A stretch of DNA of 64,000 bases from Verrucomicrobia bacterium UBA1727 (GCA_002315875.1 DCIL01000013.1:3168-67167); one strand, 5' to 3'; counted from the stretch's first letter, positions 34,438 to 43,666 are shown. Numbers and translations are program-made. Notes: generated by a model from the letters alone, not told the origin.

Positions 34438-34782
34438 TTAGAGGCCGATGTTGACGCTACCGCTGATATCGCCCTTGCCACCGCTGATGCTGATGTTCTT
34501 GCCGCTCGAGCTCTTGCCGCCCGAGCTGCCGCCGGCCGCATCGCCGTGGAACGCCTTAGCGCTGGCATCAGCGTTGGAGATTCCCGACGCCGTGGCGCTC
34601 TTGGCCTCAGCCTGCTTGCTGGCAGCACCCGACGGATCGGTCATCGCCGTAGCGGCAACGCCGAACTCGTTCTTGATGGTGTCACCGAACATCATGACCG
34701 CCACGACGACCGCCGCCGCGATCATAACCGCGATAATGACGTACTCCATCATCACCGCACGCATCTTCTTGATCTGCTTCAT
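34438..34782 (-). CDS. long Flp-like pilin with Gly/Ser-rich C-terminal tail
   Basis: Start at ATG 34782. MKQIKKMRAVMMEYVIIAVMIAAAVVVAVMMF has the Flp E-Y plus hydrophobic-helix core, but Arg/Ala where the processing Gly is expected. C-terminus GGSSGGKSSSGKNISISGGKGDISGSVNIGL. Confidence 0.6.
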   Translation of the reverse strand: MKQIKKMRAVMMEYVIIAVMIAAAVVVAVMMFGDTIKNEFGVAATAMTDPSGAASKQAEAKSATASGISNADASAKAFHGDAAGGSSGGKSSSGKNISISGGKGDISGSVNIGL

Positions 34783-34816
34783 TGTTTGTTTTTCCTTTCT
34801 TGTTTTTGTTTTCTCG

Positions 34817-34835
34817 TTTTGGGGACCTCCCAAAA
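34817..34835 (-). other. small hairpin between the two flp genes
   Basis: TTTTGGG-GACCT-CCCAAAA (7-bp stem, 5-nt loop), 14 nt after the short flp stop. No U-run follows on the minus strand, so it is not a classical terminator. Confidence 0.35.
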
Positions 34836-34848
34836 TCGAAATCTTCTT

Positions 34849-35025
34849 TTACGGATAGGGCATCGCCACCACTGAAATGACGCGATGGAAAAACCCTGCC
34901 ATCTCATTGCCGAGATCTCCGAGCTTGCCGTCCGGCGAGACGATGGAGAACGACAGGAGCATCGCCATCGGCACCAGCGAGCAGAGGAGTATCACGTACT
35001 CAAGCATGATAGCGCCTCGTTTCAC
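34849..35025 (-). CDS. flp: canonical Flp-type pilin (58 aa), not in the supplied ORF track
   Basis: Hand translation: GTG(35025) KRGAIMLEYVILLCSLVPMAMLLSFSIVSPDGKLGDLGNEMAGFFHRVISVVAMPYP TAA(34851..34849). G/AIML-EY fits the G/XXXXEY Flp processing motif. The GTG start overlaps the upstream TGA (GTGA). The first in-frame ATG is at 35007. Confidence 0.7.
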   Translation of the reverse strand: MKRGAIMLEYVILLCSLVPMAMLLSFSIVSPDGKLGDLGNEMAGFFHRVISVVAMPYP

Positions 35026-37430
35026 TTCTTCCCTTCTCCTTTTTCACTTTTCCCTTTTCCATCAACTTTTTCACTTTTCCCTTTTCCTTTTTCCTTCTTT
35101 ATCCTGTCCGCTTCAAGCGCCATCGCGTGGAACTTCCAATGCGGCAGAACCATCGGGTCGCCAGGAATCGCCTCCTTCAAGATGGCGATGGACGACTTGC
35201 GCAGATCTTCGTCGGTCTCGCTGTCGCCATACGCAAGTTCGATCTCCTCAATCTTCTGACGACGGATCTTGACAAGCGAACGAAGGCGCTTGACATCTTC
35301 TTGCTTCACGTCTTTCATATCGCTCATGAGAATCTTGCATCCGAGGGCAAGCAACGCCGCGCGAGAATCCTTGCCTTCGGCAATCACCTTGTCAAGGTGT
35401 CTGATACCGGTAGCGAGACGTCCGAAGCGCCACTCGATATCCTTGCGAAACTCCGACACCATACCCCGATTGAACTCCTGAAACTCCTTTGAAACCAGAA
35501 AATCGTGCGCCCGGCGGAGTGTGACGAAGAAGTCACGGGCGACGAACAGCAAGGGCGTAAAGCCCGAACCGTTCAATTCGGAAAGCGGCACGTCCTCGGG
35601 ATAGGCAAGCGGTAACTCGTGCAGATACGACCACATCCATTCAATGCCAACCACCTCGTCATAATCGCTGACCGGCTTGGTGCGACGACGATTCGGAGGT
35701 TCCATGTCGAAGGTATCGCAACCGAGCACGGATTTCCAGTATTCCTGCCGCATAAAGTCAGCCGAGACCTTCTGTAACATTTCCTTCGGCGGCTTGGCCC
35801 GCTTGAACTGACGTATGATCGAACTCAGTCGCGCGGCCACGAGCTTTACCTGTGCATGTCGCTTGACGAAATAACTGCGCAGCGTCAGCAAGTGATCGCT
35901 GACAAGGCAGTCATCGACCGAGGGAATTTCGACGTGACGATGGATGAGATCGGGCTGCATCTCGACGATGCACGTCTCGTTGGAGGCGATCTGACGGCAG
36001 GAGTTGAGCAGATCGCCAAGCGGATCGCCCACCTGTCCGGCATAGATACGCAGGAAGCCGCCCGAATCACGTTCGATCTTCCTGATGTTGTTGTAGAGCG
36101 CTTCGAGAGCCGCCACATCGGTAGAACACTTGCCGACCACGCCGTTGATCTGCTTCACCGCGGCCTGATATTCGCGTAAGGACTTCACCGATTCAACCAG
36201 TTCCTCCTTGAGCGGCTTGATCCACTCGCGCTTCTCCTCCTTGAGCCACTTCTCATCCCCAATGCCGAAGTCCACGATCCTTTTTTCGATATTCTCGAGT
36301 TCGCCTTCCGTGGTGCCGTGGCCGGAGAGCATCTTCTGGAGCGAAAAGTAGAGGTTCAGCATCTGCTCGGTCTGATCTTCCTCGGCCATTCGCTCGCGCG
36401 ACTTCTCCGGACGCCACGACCATTCCTCGGGCACGTCGGCGCGCAGGCGGCCCATGACATCGAGCGCATCGGCGAAGCCGGATGAACGCTGGGTACGGAC
36501 GATCTCCTTCAACATTTCCCAATCCCGGTAGGTATGATGCCATCTTTCGATATACCCACGATAGAGGGCAATGATATCCTTATGATCCTGAGCGCCGCGG
36601 GCGTCATGAATTTCTTCCAGCTTCGCAATTCCCTCATCGAAGCGGTCCTGAGCGATGAGTGACATGATTTCCTGGCCGACTTCAGTCCACTCGGGAACCC
36701 GCAGCTGGAGAAGCGCATAAATGCCGACACAGATCGCCGCGGTGACGAGCGCAAGAATGACCTGAAGTGAGGCATTGGAGCGCACGTGAAGAACGGTGCG
36801 GTCGAGGAACCGGTAATCCCAAATGGAGAAGCCGATCACATCGCCGTTCTTGACCATGCGCGCCTTATCCGTCAGCCGCTCGCCGTTCACGAACGTGCCG
36901 TTGCGGCTCGCGAGATCCTTCACCCAAAGCGAACCGCGCTCGTCAATCGAAAGCTCCGCCTGATGGGCGGCAACGATGTCGCTTTTGATCACGAGATCAT
37001 TGTCGGGCGCCGAGCCGACCTTGAAGAGCTTCTTGGTGACGGAGACCATCTTGCCCTTGGCCTCGCCGTTCATGCCCTCGAGCCGGTGATACTTCTCGCG
37101 CGCCTTCTCAATCTTCGCGACCGTCTTGACAGTGATCTCGGAATCGCCGACCGCGATCCGGTCGCCGACCGCAAGTTTGCCACCTGTGAACGGACGCGCA
37201 TTCTTAAAGATGGGAGCGCCGTCGATCGGTTCGATCTTGACCGAAAGGTCGCCGTGGGCAATCATCACGGCATGACGCGGGAGCATCGTCATGTCGGCGT
37301 CGGAAGGACGCCACCGCGCGCTTTCACCGCGGCCGATTTCCACCGGACCTTGAAAGTCGTCGGCCGTGAGCGTGTAGAGGGGCTTGCCCCCCGACACGAA
37401 AGTAAGTTGCAGGACTTGCTTCTTAGCCAT
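35022..37430 (-). CDS. double-FHA-domain membrane protein with large helical C-terminal domain (module-1 component Y)
   Basis: 802 aa. FHA1 (VEIGRGES...LPRHAVMI...IAVGDSEITV). Canonical FHA2 (FKVGSAPDNDLVI..AAHQAEL..LASRNGTFVNGERL). One TM (VILALVTAAICVGIYALL). Helical C-domain and a KG-rich tail from a 27-nt repeat. Confidence 0.75.
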   Translation of the reverse strand: MAKKQVLQLTFVSGGKPLYTLTADDFQGPVEIGRGESARWRPSDADMTMLPRHAVMIAHGDLSVKIEPIDGAPIFKNARPFTGGKLAVGDRIAVGDSEITVKTVAKIEKAREKYHRLEGMNGEAKGKMVSVTKKLFKVGSAPDNDLVIKSDIVAAHQAELSIDERGSLWVKDLASRNGTFVNGERLTDKARMVKNGDVIGFSIWDYRFLDRTVLHVRSNASLQVILALVTAAICVGIYALLQLRVPEWTEVGQEIMSLIAQDRFDEGIAKLEEIHDARGAQDHKDIIALYRGYIERWHHTYRDWEMLKEIVRTQRSSGFADALDVMGRLRADVPEEWSWRPEKSRERMAEEDQTEQMLNLYFSLQKMLSGHGTTEGELENIEKRIVDFGIGDEKWLKEEKREWIKPLKEELVESVKSLREYQAAVKQINGVVGKCSTDVAALEALYNNIRKIERDSGGFLRIYAGQVGDPLGDLLNSCRQIASNETCIVEMQPDLIHRHVEIPSVDDCLVSDHLLTLRSYFVKRHAQVKLVAARLSSIIRQFKRAKPPKEMLQKVSADFMRQEYWKSVLGCDTFDMEPPNRRRTKPVSDYDEVVGIEWMWSYLHELPLAYPEDVPLSELNGSGFTPLLFVARDFFVTLRRAHDFLVSKEFQEFNRGMVSEFRKDIEWRFGRLATGIRHLDKVIAEGKDSRAALLALGCKILMSDMKDVKQEDVKRLRSLVKIRRQKIEEIELAYGDSETDEDLRKSSIAILKEAIPGDPMVLPHWKFHAMALEADRIKKEKGKGKSEKVDGKGKSEKGEGKK
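35040..35096. repeat. two copies of a 27-nt CT-rich unit at the 3' end of the double-FHA gene
   Basis: ctttttcacttttcccttttcc occurs twice, 27 nt apart. Encodes GKGKSEKVD / GKGKSEKGE. Shares a 20-nt identity with 12396..12415 in prc. Confidence 0.85.
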
Positions 37431-38644
37431 CAGTTCCCCCTAAATCCCCTGAGTATCTTCTTGCGGCGTACGTCATCCCAGGCATTGAACTTGTCAAGCG
37501 CCTCCTTGCGAATCTGGTGCGCGACAAATCCGTTGCCCTCGCGCACGGCGCAGATGAAGGAAAACGCGCGACGATTATACCAGATCTCCTGCTCTGCGCG
37601 AAACCGAAGCCACTCGCGAAACGCATCATTGAGAAGAGCCCTGTCATTGTCGCGCTTGGCGCGTACGATGAGCGACTTGATGTTCTGTTCGATCTCGTTC
37701 CACTGCGCCATTGCGAAATTGTGCGATAGCATGTTGCGCACCCTGCGGAGCAAGCGGGTGGGGTCTCCCTCTGTGATTTTTTCCGGCACCTCAAAGTGAA
37801 AAGAACACAAGGTGTTGTTGATCTTAAAACACCGTTCGTTTCGAATCACATTGAGCGCTCGCGTCCAATCGCGGCTACGCACCTCGCGAATGCAGACGAA
37901 GTCGCGGTCGTTGTCGCGGAAGTAAATGAAACTTCCGGCCCAGACATTGCCGTCGTGCGGACGGAAGTAGTCGCCCTCAATCGCTGGCCAGCCGGCTCCG
38001 TTGGTCTTGATGAAGCCGATATGCTCGGTGGCGGACTGGAAACGCCACCCCGCATCAGTCTGTTTCTTCTTCCAGGCGGCGAACGACTCCTGCAAGGTGT
38101 GATCCCACCAGTTGGAAATCGTATGCGAACTAAAGGCAAGTACGAACGGGCATTCGTAATAGCGGCCGATCTTCGTCTCGACAGCCGCGGTCATGTTCGA
38201 CGGATTGGCAAAGCCGCGCATACCCTCGCAATTCGGGAAATAAAGCTCGAACGCCGGATCGACGTTGCGATAGGCGAAAGTGATCGAGCCATCATCAAAG
38301 TTATAATCGTAGGCGCCGGGCCAGGTAAAGACGCTTTCGGTGAGCGAAAGTCTGTACTGCGCAAAAATAAAGACACCGACAGCAACAATACCAGCGATGA
38401 ACCAACGACGGACCATGCGCTTGGTGCGCGGATCGGCATTGAGCTTACGAAGCTCCTTGATCTCCGCTTCGGACGCCATGCGCTCGGGGCGATCACGACG
38501 CCGCGCAGTCGGCTCGTCAGCGCCTTCCGCAGAAGACGGTTCTGCGGCGGGGACACTCTCGGTTACCGGCTCGGGGGCAACCTCGTCCTCATCTACCGTC
38601 TCGTCCAGCGTAATGTCTTCGCCCTTGTCTTCGGTCATCGTCAC
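37430..38644 (-). CDS. bitopic membrane protein with acidic N-terminus (module-1 component X), function unknown
   Basis: 404 aa. Acidic Thr-containing N-terminus (DITLDETVDEDEVAPEP), one TM (WFIAGIVAVGVFIFAQY), Trp/aromatic-rich domain. Overlaps both neighbours. Confidence 0.5.
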   Translation of the reverse strand: MTMTEDKGEDITLDETVDEDEVAPEPVTESVPAAEPSSAEGADEPTARRRDRPERMASEAEIKELRKLNADPRTKRMVRRWFIAGIVAVGVFIFAQYRLSLTESVFTWPGAYDYNFDDGSITFAYRNVDPAFELYFPNCEGMRGFANPSNMTAAVETKIGRYYECPFVLAFSSHTISNWWDHTLQESFAAWKKKQTDAGWRFQSATEHIGFIKTNGAGWPAIEGDYFRPHDGNVWAGSFIYFRDNDRDFVCIREVRSRDWTRALNVIRNERCFKINNTLCSFHFEVPEKITEGDPTRLLRRVRNMLSHNFAMAQWNEIEQNIKSLIVRAKRDNDRALLNDAFREWLRFRAEQEIWYNRRAFSFICAVREGNGFVAHQIRKEALDKFNAWDDVRRKKILRGFRGN

Positions 38645-39426
38645 ATTCCCCCCTTCGCCATCTGAAACTTAAGAATCACCGGTGTAATGATGATCACGAA
38701 CACGGCCGGCATGATGAACATCGCCATCGGCATGATCATGATTGAGGGCGCCCGCTGCGCCTTCTGCTCGGCAATGTTGAAACGCACCTTGCGCATTTCC
38801 TCGCCCTGAATCTCCATGGTCTTCGAAATCGGCGCACCCATCTCGCTGCCGAGCGCGATCGCCGATGCGAAACTCGTGAACTCCTTGATCTTGAGACGCT
38901 GCGCCATGTTAAGGAGCGCATCGATACGTCCGACGCCGAGTTCCGTCTCGCGAAGCATCATCTGAAACTCGTCCGTCAGCGGACCGCGAATGCCAAGGCC
39001 GACGAAGTAGCGGAGCGAAGCACCGAAGTCGAGACCCGCGCGCATCGCCGAAGTCAGAAGGTCAATCGCGAAGGGCAAGGCGCGGAGAATGGCCTCCTGA
39101 CGATCCTTAGCCATCGACTGAATCGAACTCTTGGGCAGCACCCAGCCCATGAAGAGCCCCAACGGAATCGCCATCACCAGCGTCATCGCCCGCTTGGGCT
39201 CGGGTACGCCCATCGCGAGGAACGTGCAGAAGCCCATGAGAAAAGTCGCCGCGGCAACCTGACAGCAGTACACCTGATGAGGAGCAAGCCGCAGGTTGGC
39301 AATCTGGGTGAGATCGGAAATCTCCTGATCCTTTGCCGCGGACGAGAGCGCCTTGCCGACCCCCATGCCGTTGAGCATGGCTATCGGTTTCTCAAGGAGA
39401 CGGAAAATAGTCGGCAATTCCTGCAT
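38641..39426 (-). CDS. tadC: TadC-like inner-membrane platform protein (T2SS-F family)
   Basis: 261 aa. T2SSF-type core LPFAIDLLTSAMRAGLDFGASL ... LGSEMGAPISKTM, C-terminal TM helices. Confidence 0.75.
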   Translation of the reverse strand: MQELPTIFRLLEKPIAMLNGMGVGKALSSAAKDQEISDLTQIANLRLAPHQVYCCQVAAATFLMGFCTFLAMGVPEPKRAMTLVMAIPLGLFMGWVLPKSSIQSMAKDRQEAILRALPFAIDLLTSAMRAGLDFGASLRYFVGLGIRGPLTDEFQMMLRETELGVGRIDALLNMAQRLKIKEFTSFASAIALGSEMGAPISKTMEIQGEEMRKVRFNIAEQKAQRAPSIMIMPMAMFIMPAVFVIIITPVILKFQMAKGGM

Positions 39427-39427
39427 T

Positions 39428-40345
39428 TTACACCTCCACCGCCGTAATCTTCTTGATGACCGTGTAACCGACTGTGATCAGCACCGCGTCCACACCGATG
39501 GCGATCCACCCCGTAGTCGTAGTCAAGAGCGGCAACATCAGTTCGGTATCGACCGCAAGCAGCAGCAGGAAGGCCGCCACCGGCGCAAGGGACATCGCCA
39601 GCGCCTCGAAGCGTCCCTGCGCGGTGAGCGCCGAGAGCTTGCGGTGGAAGTCATCACGCGAACGAATGGTCGAAGTCATCTTCTCCAAGACCTCGGCGAG
39701 CGAGCCGCCGGACGTCATCGTAAGCCGGATCGAGACGATCATCAGCTGCAGATCCTCACAGGGAATGCGCCGGTACATGCGCGAGAGCGCTTCGGCGAGA
39801 TCGACACCGAGATGGTATTCGCGCTGGACGATGCGAAGCTCTCCGAAAAGCGGCTCGGCCGCGTTCTTCGCATAGACCTCGAGCGCCTGCGGCAGGGCCT
39901 GACCGGCCTTGAGGCCGTTGGAAAGTCCCATCGAAAAGTCAAGCATCTGGGCCTGGAAGGCAAGCGCGCGCTTCTGCACCTTTGAAACGTAGTGCTTGCG
40001 CGGCAGACGCGAGGCGATGAACCCGGCGGCCACGATGGCGATGGCGATGATCGCGAGATTGAAGACCTCGAACGCAATCAGCGTCGCGAGCACGATGACC
40101 ACCGCAAAGAACGCGAAACCGACCTGAAGGCGGAAGAGCTGTCCGCTCGTGATGAAGTAGGAGAGCGAGTTGCCCATGCCGCTCTGCTTGGCTTCGTCGG
40201 CATCGAGCTTCTCGGCCCGCTCCTCGGTCAGCGCCCGAATCCACACGGCGAGGGACATGACGCCGAGGCCGATCGCCACGAACATCAGCGCGTAAACGCC
40301 GTAGCGATTGAGAAGTTCAAAATTTATGGACGCGAGAATGCTCAT
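39428..40345 (-). CDS. tadB: TadB-like inner-membrane platform protein (T2SS-F family)
   Basis: Start at ATG 40345 (MSILASINFELLNRYGVYALMFV). T2SSF core FSMGLSNGLKAGQALPQAL ... MTSGGSLAEVLEKM. Confidence 0.75.
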   Translation of the reverse strand: MSILASINFELLNRYGVYALMFVAIGLGVMSLAVWIRALTEERAEKLDADEAKQSGMGNSLSYFITSGQLFRLQVGFAFFAVVIVLATLIAFEVFNLAIIAIAIVAAGFIASRLPRKHYVSKVQKRALAFQAQMLDFSMGLSNGLKAGQALPQALEVYAKNAAEPLFGELRIVQREYHLGVDLAEALSRMYRRIPCEDLQLMIVSIRLTMTSGGSLAEVLEKMTSTIRSRDDFHRKLSALTAQGRFEALAMSLAPVAAFLLLLAVDTELMLPLLTTTTGWIAIGVDAVLITVGYTVIKKITAVEV

Positions 40346-40352
40346 TTTTTCG

Positions 40353-42101
40353 TCAACCCTCCGGCACGAAGACACCCATATCCAACCTGAGGTCGCCGCT
40401 CTTGCGCAGCTCGTCCACAAAGACCGGAATGTTGCCTGTCGGATTGTGCTTGCCCACTACCTTGAAGTTTTCGTCAAAGCCCTCCTGATCGAACGAGAAG
40501 ATGTCCTGCATCGTCACGATGTCACCTTCGCGGCCTGTTATCTCGGTGATCTTCACCACCTTGCGGCTGCCGTCCGGCAGACGCGTCTGCTGCACGATGA
40601 GGTCGATAGCGCTCGCGATCTGCTCGCGGATAGCGGACGACGGCAGGTCAAACCCCGCCATCATCACCATGTTCTCGAGACGACCGAGCGCATCGCGCGG
40701 CGTGTTCGCGTGCAGAGTCGTAAGCGACCCGTCGTGACCGGTGTTCATCGCCTGCAACATGTCGAGCGCCTCCGCACCGCGGCATTCACCGACGACGATG
40801 CGGTCGGGACGCATACGCAGCGTGTTGATGACGAGATCGCGAATCGAGACGCGGCCCTTGCCTTCAACGTTCGCCGGACGCGCCTCGAGACGGCAGAGGT
40901 TCTCGTGATCGAGCTTGAGTTCCGCCGAGTCCTCGACGGTGATGACGCGCTCGCCGTAGGGGATGAACTGAGAAAGGATGTTGAGAAGCGTCGTCTTGCC
41001 CGAGCCCGTACCGCCCGAGACGACGATGTTCTTCCTCACACGCACGGCCTCGCGCAGGAACTCCGCCATGCCGTTGGTCATCGAACCGAACTTGACGAGA
41101 TCTTCAGGACCGAGCTTCTTATCGGAGAACTTACGGATCGTCACGTCGGACCCGTCGAGCGCCAGCGGCGGAATGATCGCGTTCACACGCGAACCGTCCG
41201 GCAAACGGGCGTCAACCATCGGCGACGCGGCGTCCACATGTCGGCCGAGCGGTTCGACGATACGCTGGATGACGACCTGGAGCTGCGCTTCATCGCGAAA
41301 CTTCGTAGTGGCGCGCTTGATGAGTCCCTTCTGTTCCACAAAGACGTTCTCGGGACCATTGATCATGATTTCGGAAATCGTCTTGTCGCGAATGAGCGGC
41401 GAGAGCGGACCGAATCCGACGATCGAATCAAGGAGCGCCTGACGAAGCTGCGGCACCGGCACGGAATCGGGAATGATGTGCTGGAGCTCGCGCAACACTT
41501 CATCGAGCATCGCTTCGGCCTTGGCGGCCATTTCCTTGCCCGAAATCGCGTCTTCGCCGGAAATGTTCATGCGCTCGAGGATGCGGTCGTTGATCTTGCG
41601 CATGACCTGCAGCACCTGAGGCGTGAAAAGATCTCCGTTCGATCCCTCCGGCTCGTAAAGCGGCAACCGCGGTTTGCCGTTCTCGTCCTTGGGCTGCTCC
41701 TTGTAGACCGCCTTCGAGACGGTCGGCTTGGCGACCGGCGGCGGCTCCGTGGCAGTGACGGGAGCAGGCGCGGACTCCGCCTTTTTAGAGGTCATCGAGG
41801 CAAGCGCTTCGGGATTGGCGATGAAGCGCAACGTCGCCGGCCCGATTCGGATCAGGTCCAGCTGCTGCACGGCGGTGATCGCCTCGATTCGCTGATCGTT
41901 GACGAAGGTGCCGGAATGACTGCCGGAATCCTCGATAAACCAGGCCGAGCCGAGCTTGCGCAACACGGCGTGACTGCGGGAAACCGTCTTCGCCGGCACG
42001 CGGAGATCCGCCGAATCGGAGCGACCGATGACCAGCGTGTCGCGTCCCTCGACGCTCACGTTCGTCTTGTTTCCATCAACTGTCAGTTCGATGAACATCA
42101 C
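40353..42101 (-). CDS. cpaF: FHA-domain / CpaF(TadA) secretion ATPase fusion
   Basis: 582 aa. N-terminal canonical FHA ([45 protein letters not shown]). Pro/Ala linker. CpaF core with [52 protein letters not shown] overlap with the secretin stop. Confidence 0.85.
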   Translation of the reverse strand: MMFIELTVDGNKTNVSVEGRDTLVIGRSDSADLRVPAKTVSRSHAVLRKLGSAWFIEDSGSHSGTFVNDQRIEAITAVQQLDLIRIGPATLRFIANPEALASMTSKKAESAPAPVTATEPPPVAKPTVSKAVYKEQPKDENGKPRLPLYEPEGSNGDLFTPQVLQVMRKINDRILERMNISGEDAISGKEMAAKAEAMLDEVLRELQHIIPDSVPVPQLRQALLDSIVGFGPLSPLIRDKTISEIMINGPENVFVEQKGLIKRATTKFRDEAQLQVVIQRIVEPLGRHVDAASPMVDARLPDGSRVNAIIPPLALDGSDVTIRKFSDKKLGPEDLVKFGSMTNGMAEFLREAVRVRKNIVVSGGTGSGKTTLLNILSQFIPYGERVITVEDSAELKLDHENLCRLEARPANVEGKGRVSIRDLVINTLRMRPDRIVVGECRGAEALDMLQAMNTGHDGSLTTLHANTPRDALGRLENMVMMAGFDLPSSAIREQIASAIDLIVQQTRLPDGSRKVVKITEITGREGDIVTMQDIFSFDQEGFDENFKVVGKHNPTGNIPVFVDELRKSGDLRLDMGVFVPEG

Positions 42102-43666
42102 TTGTCCTCTTCAAACCAGCGCCAGAAATAGAACACCTTGTACCACGGATCCGACTGACGGATACGCTCCTTGACCGCCTTCGGAAGCTCGCGGCTCGCC
42201 GTGCGCTCGAGGTGTCCCGTCTCCTCGCTCGGACGGCGACGGAGCGGATCAAACTCGTCCGCGTATTCCGGCGAAATGAGCACCAGCGTATAATCGTCCG
42301 AGACATTCTCTTGACCATACGAGGTAAACCAGCTGACAATCGGAATGTAGCGAAGAACCGCAAAACCGGAAGGAGGCGTCTCAGTATGACTGACCTTATG
42401 GGAACCGCCAATAGCAATGGTCTCGCCGAGACAGGCGACGACCGGCATGCTGGCCGCTACCTTACTCTGGGTGTAATCGTCCCCCGACGGTTGAGGATTG
42501 CCGGAATCCTCGAGATCAAGATCAAGTTTCACTTCGTCAGCGTGGGTAAGCACGCCCTCGACGGTGATCTTGAAACCATACGAAACCTCCTTGACATTGC
42601 CACCGTTAACACCCGTCACCTTCATCATCAGCGTGCCACCATCTTGAAACGTGGCCTTCGCCGCCTTCTCTCCGTTGGAGTTGAAGGTGACATGACCTGA
42701 CTTGCGATGGGTGGCAAGGCCGTTCGATGCCAGGAAATTGAGCATGCCATTGACGCCGCCAGTAAAGCCCAGACGGGCGGTACGAAGATTCGCATTGCCA
42801 TCGGGATCAGCGTCTCCAAAAATGCGCATCAGCTGCGTCCACATCTCGAAGTTGCCGAGCTCGCCCTTCACCGCACCGGAATTGCCGAAGGCCTCGATGG
42901 CATTTTTGCTGATAGTGAGAAAGACGACGCCGACATCGATGAGACGGTCGACCACGTAGAAGTTGGTGATGCAGGGAACGGACCCGGCGCGGGTATTGCC
43001 GCCGGTCATAGCGAGCCACGTCTGACGGCCGACGATCTTCTCGACTTCGGCGACATCCTTCTTGTTGAAGAAGTAGCCGGTGATCGTCATCACACCGCCG
43101 GCGTACTTCATCTCGATGCAGCCGGGATTATCACTCGTCGCTTCGGTCACCATGCGGTAGCCGCTCTGCTCGAGGATCTTGCCGAACTTGGCGAGCAGAT
43201 CCTTGCCGGGCGTGAAGACGACGTAGTCGAAGCAATACTGCTGATAGCGCGAGAGCACGAGGTGATAGAGATCCCAGTGCTCGGTCTTCGAGATTTCGCC
43301 GCGGAGACAGATCTTGCCGTTGTTGACCATGATCTCGACCTCGGGCACTTCCTCGAGATCGCGACCGAGCGCCTTGATGATCGGCTGCAGGGCGTCCACG
43401 ACCGTCACCGAATAGCTCTTGATGTTGTCAGTGCCCATGAGCTCGACGATCGCCGTGCCGGCGCTCACGCCCATGACGTTGTAGCTCTTGTTGCCGGACC
43501 GGCGGAGCTTGACGCAGGTCGACTCGCAGCGGACTTCCTGAATCGGGAAGGTCGCGGCAACTTCGATCGTATCGCCGATGACGACCGACACCTGCTCCTG
43601 ATCGTCACCCGCGCCCCAGAGGACGGCGCTGGCGGTCATTACGAACAATGCGATGAGTTTCTTCAT
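42098..43666 (-). CDS. cpaC: CpaC/RcpA-type secretin
   Basis: 522 aa. Signal peptide. CpaC-type N-terminal beta domain (VSVVIGDTIEV...YNVMGVSAGTAIVEL). Secretin core (IDVGVVFLTISKNAIEAFG ... GETIAIGGSH ... LRYIPIVSWF). About 60-aa charged/aromatic C-terminal extension. Confidence 0.75.
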   Translation of the reverse strand: MKKLIALFVMTASAVLWGAGDDQEQVSVVIGDTIEVAATFPIQEVRCESTCVKLRRSGNKSYNVMGVSAGTAIVELMGTDNIKSYSVTVVDALQPIIKALGRDLEEVPEVEIMVNNGKICLRGEISKTEHWDLYHLVLSRYQQYCFDYVVFTPGKDLLAKFGKILEQSGYRMVTEATSDNPGCIEMKYAGGVMTITGYFFNKKDVAEVEKIVGRQTWLAMTGGNTRAGSVPCITNFYVVDRLIDVGVVFLTISKNAIEAFGNSGAVKGELGNFEMWTQLMRIFGDADPDGNANLRTARLGFTGGVNGMLNFLASNGLATHRKSGHVTFNSNGEKAAKATFQDGGTLMMKVTGVNGGNVKEVSYGFKITVEGVLTHADEVKLDLDLEDSGNPQPSGDDYTQSKVAASMPVVACLGETIAIGGSHKVSHTETPPSGFAVLRYIPIVSWFTSYGQENVSDDYTLVLISPEYADEFDPLRRRPSEETGHLERTASRELPKAVKERIRQSDPWYKVFYFWRWFEEDK

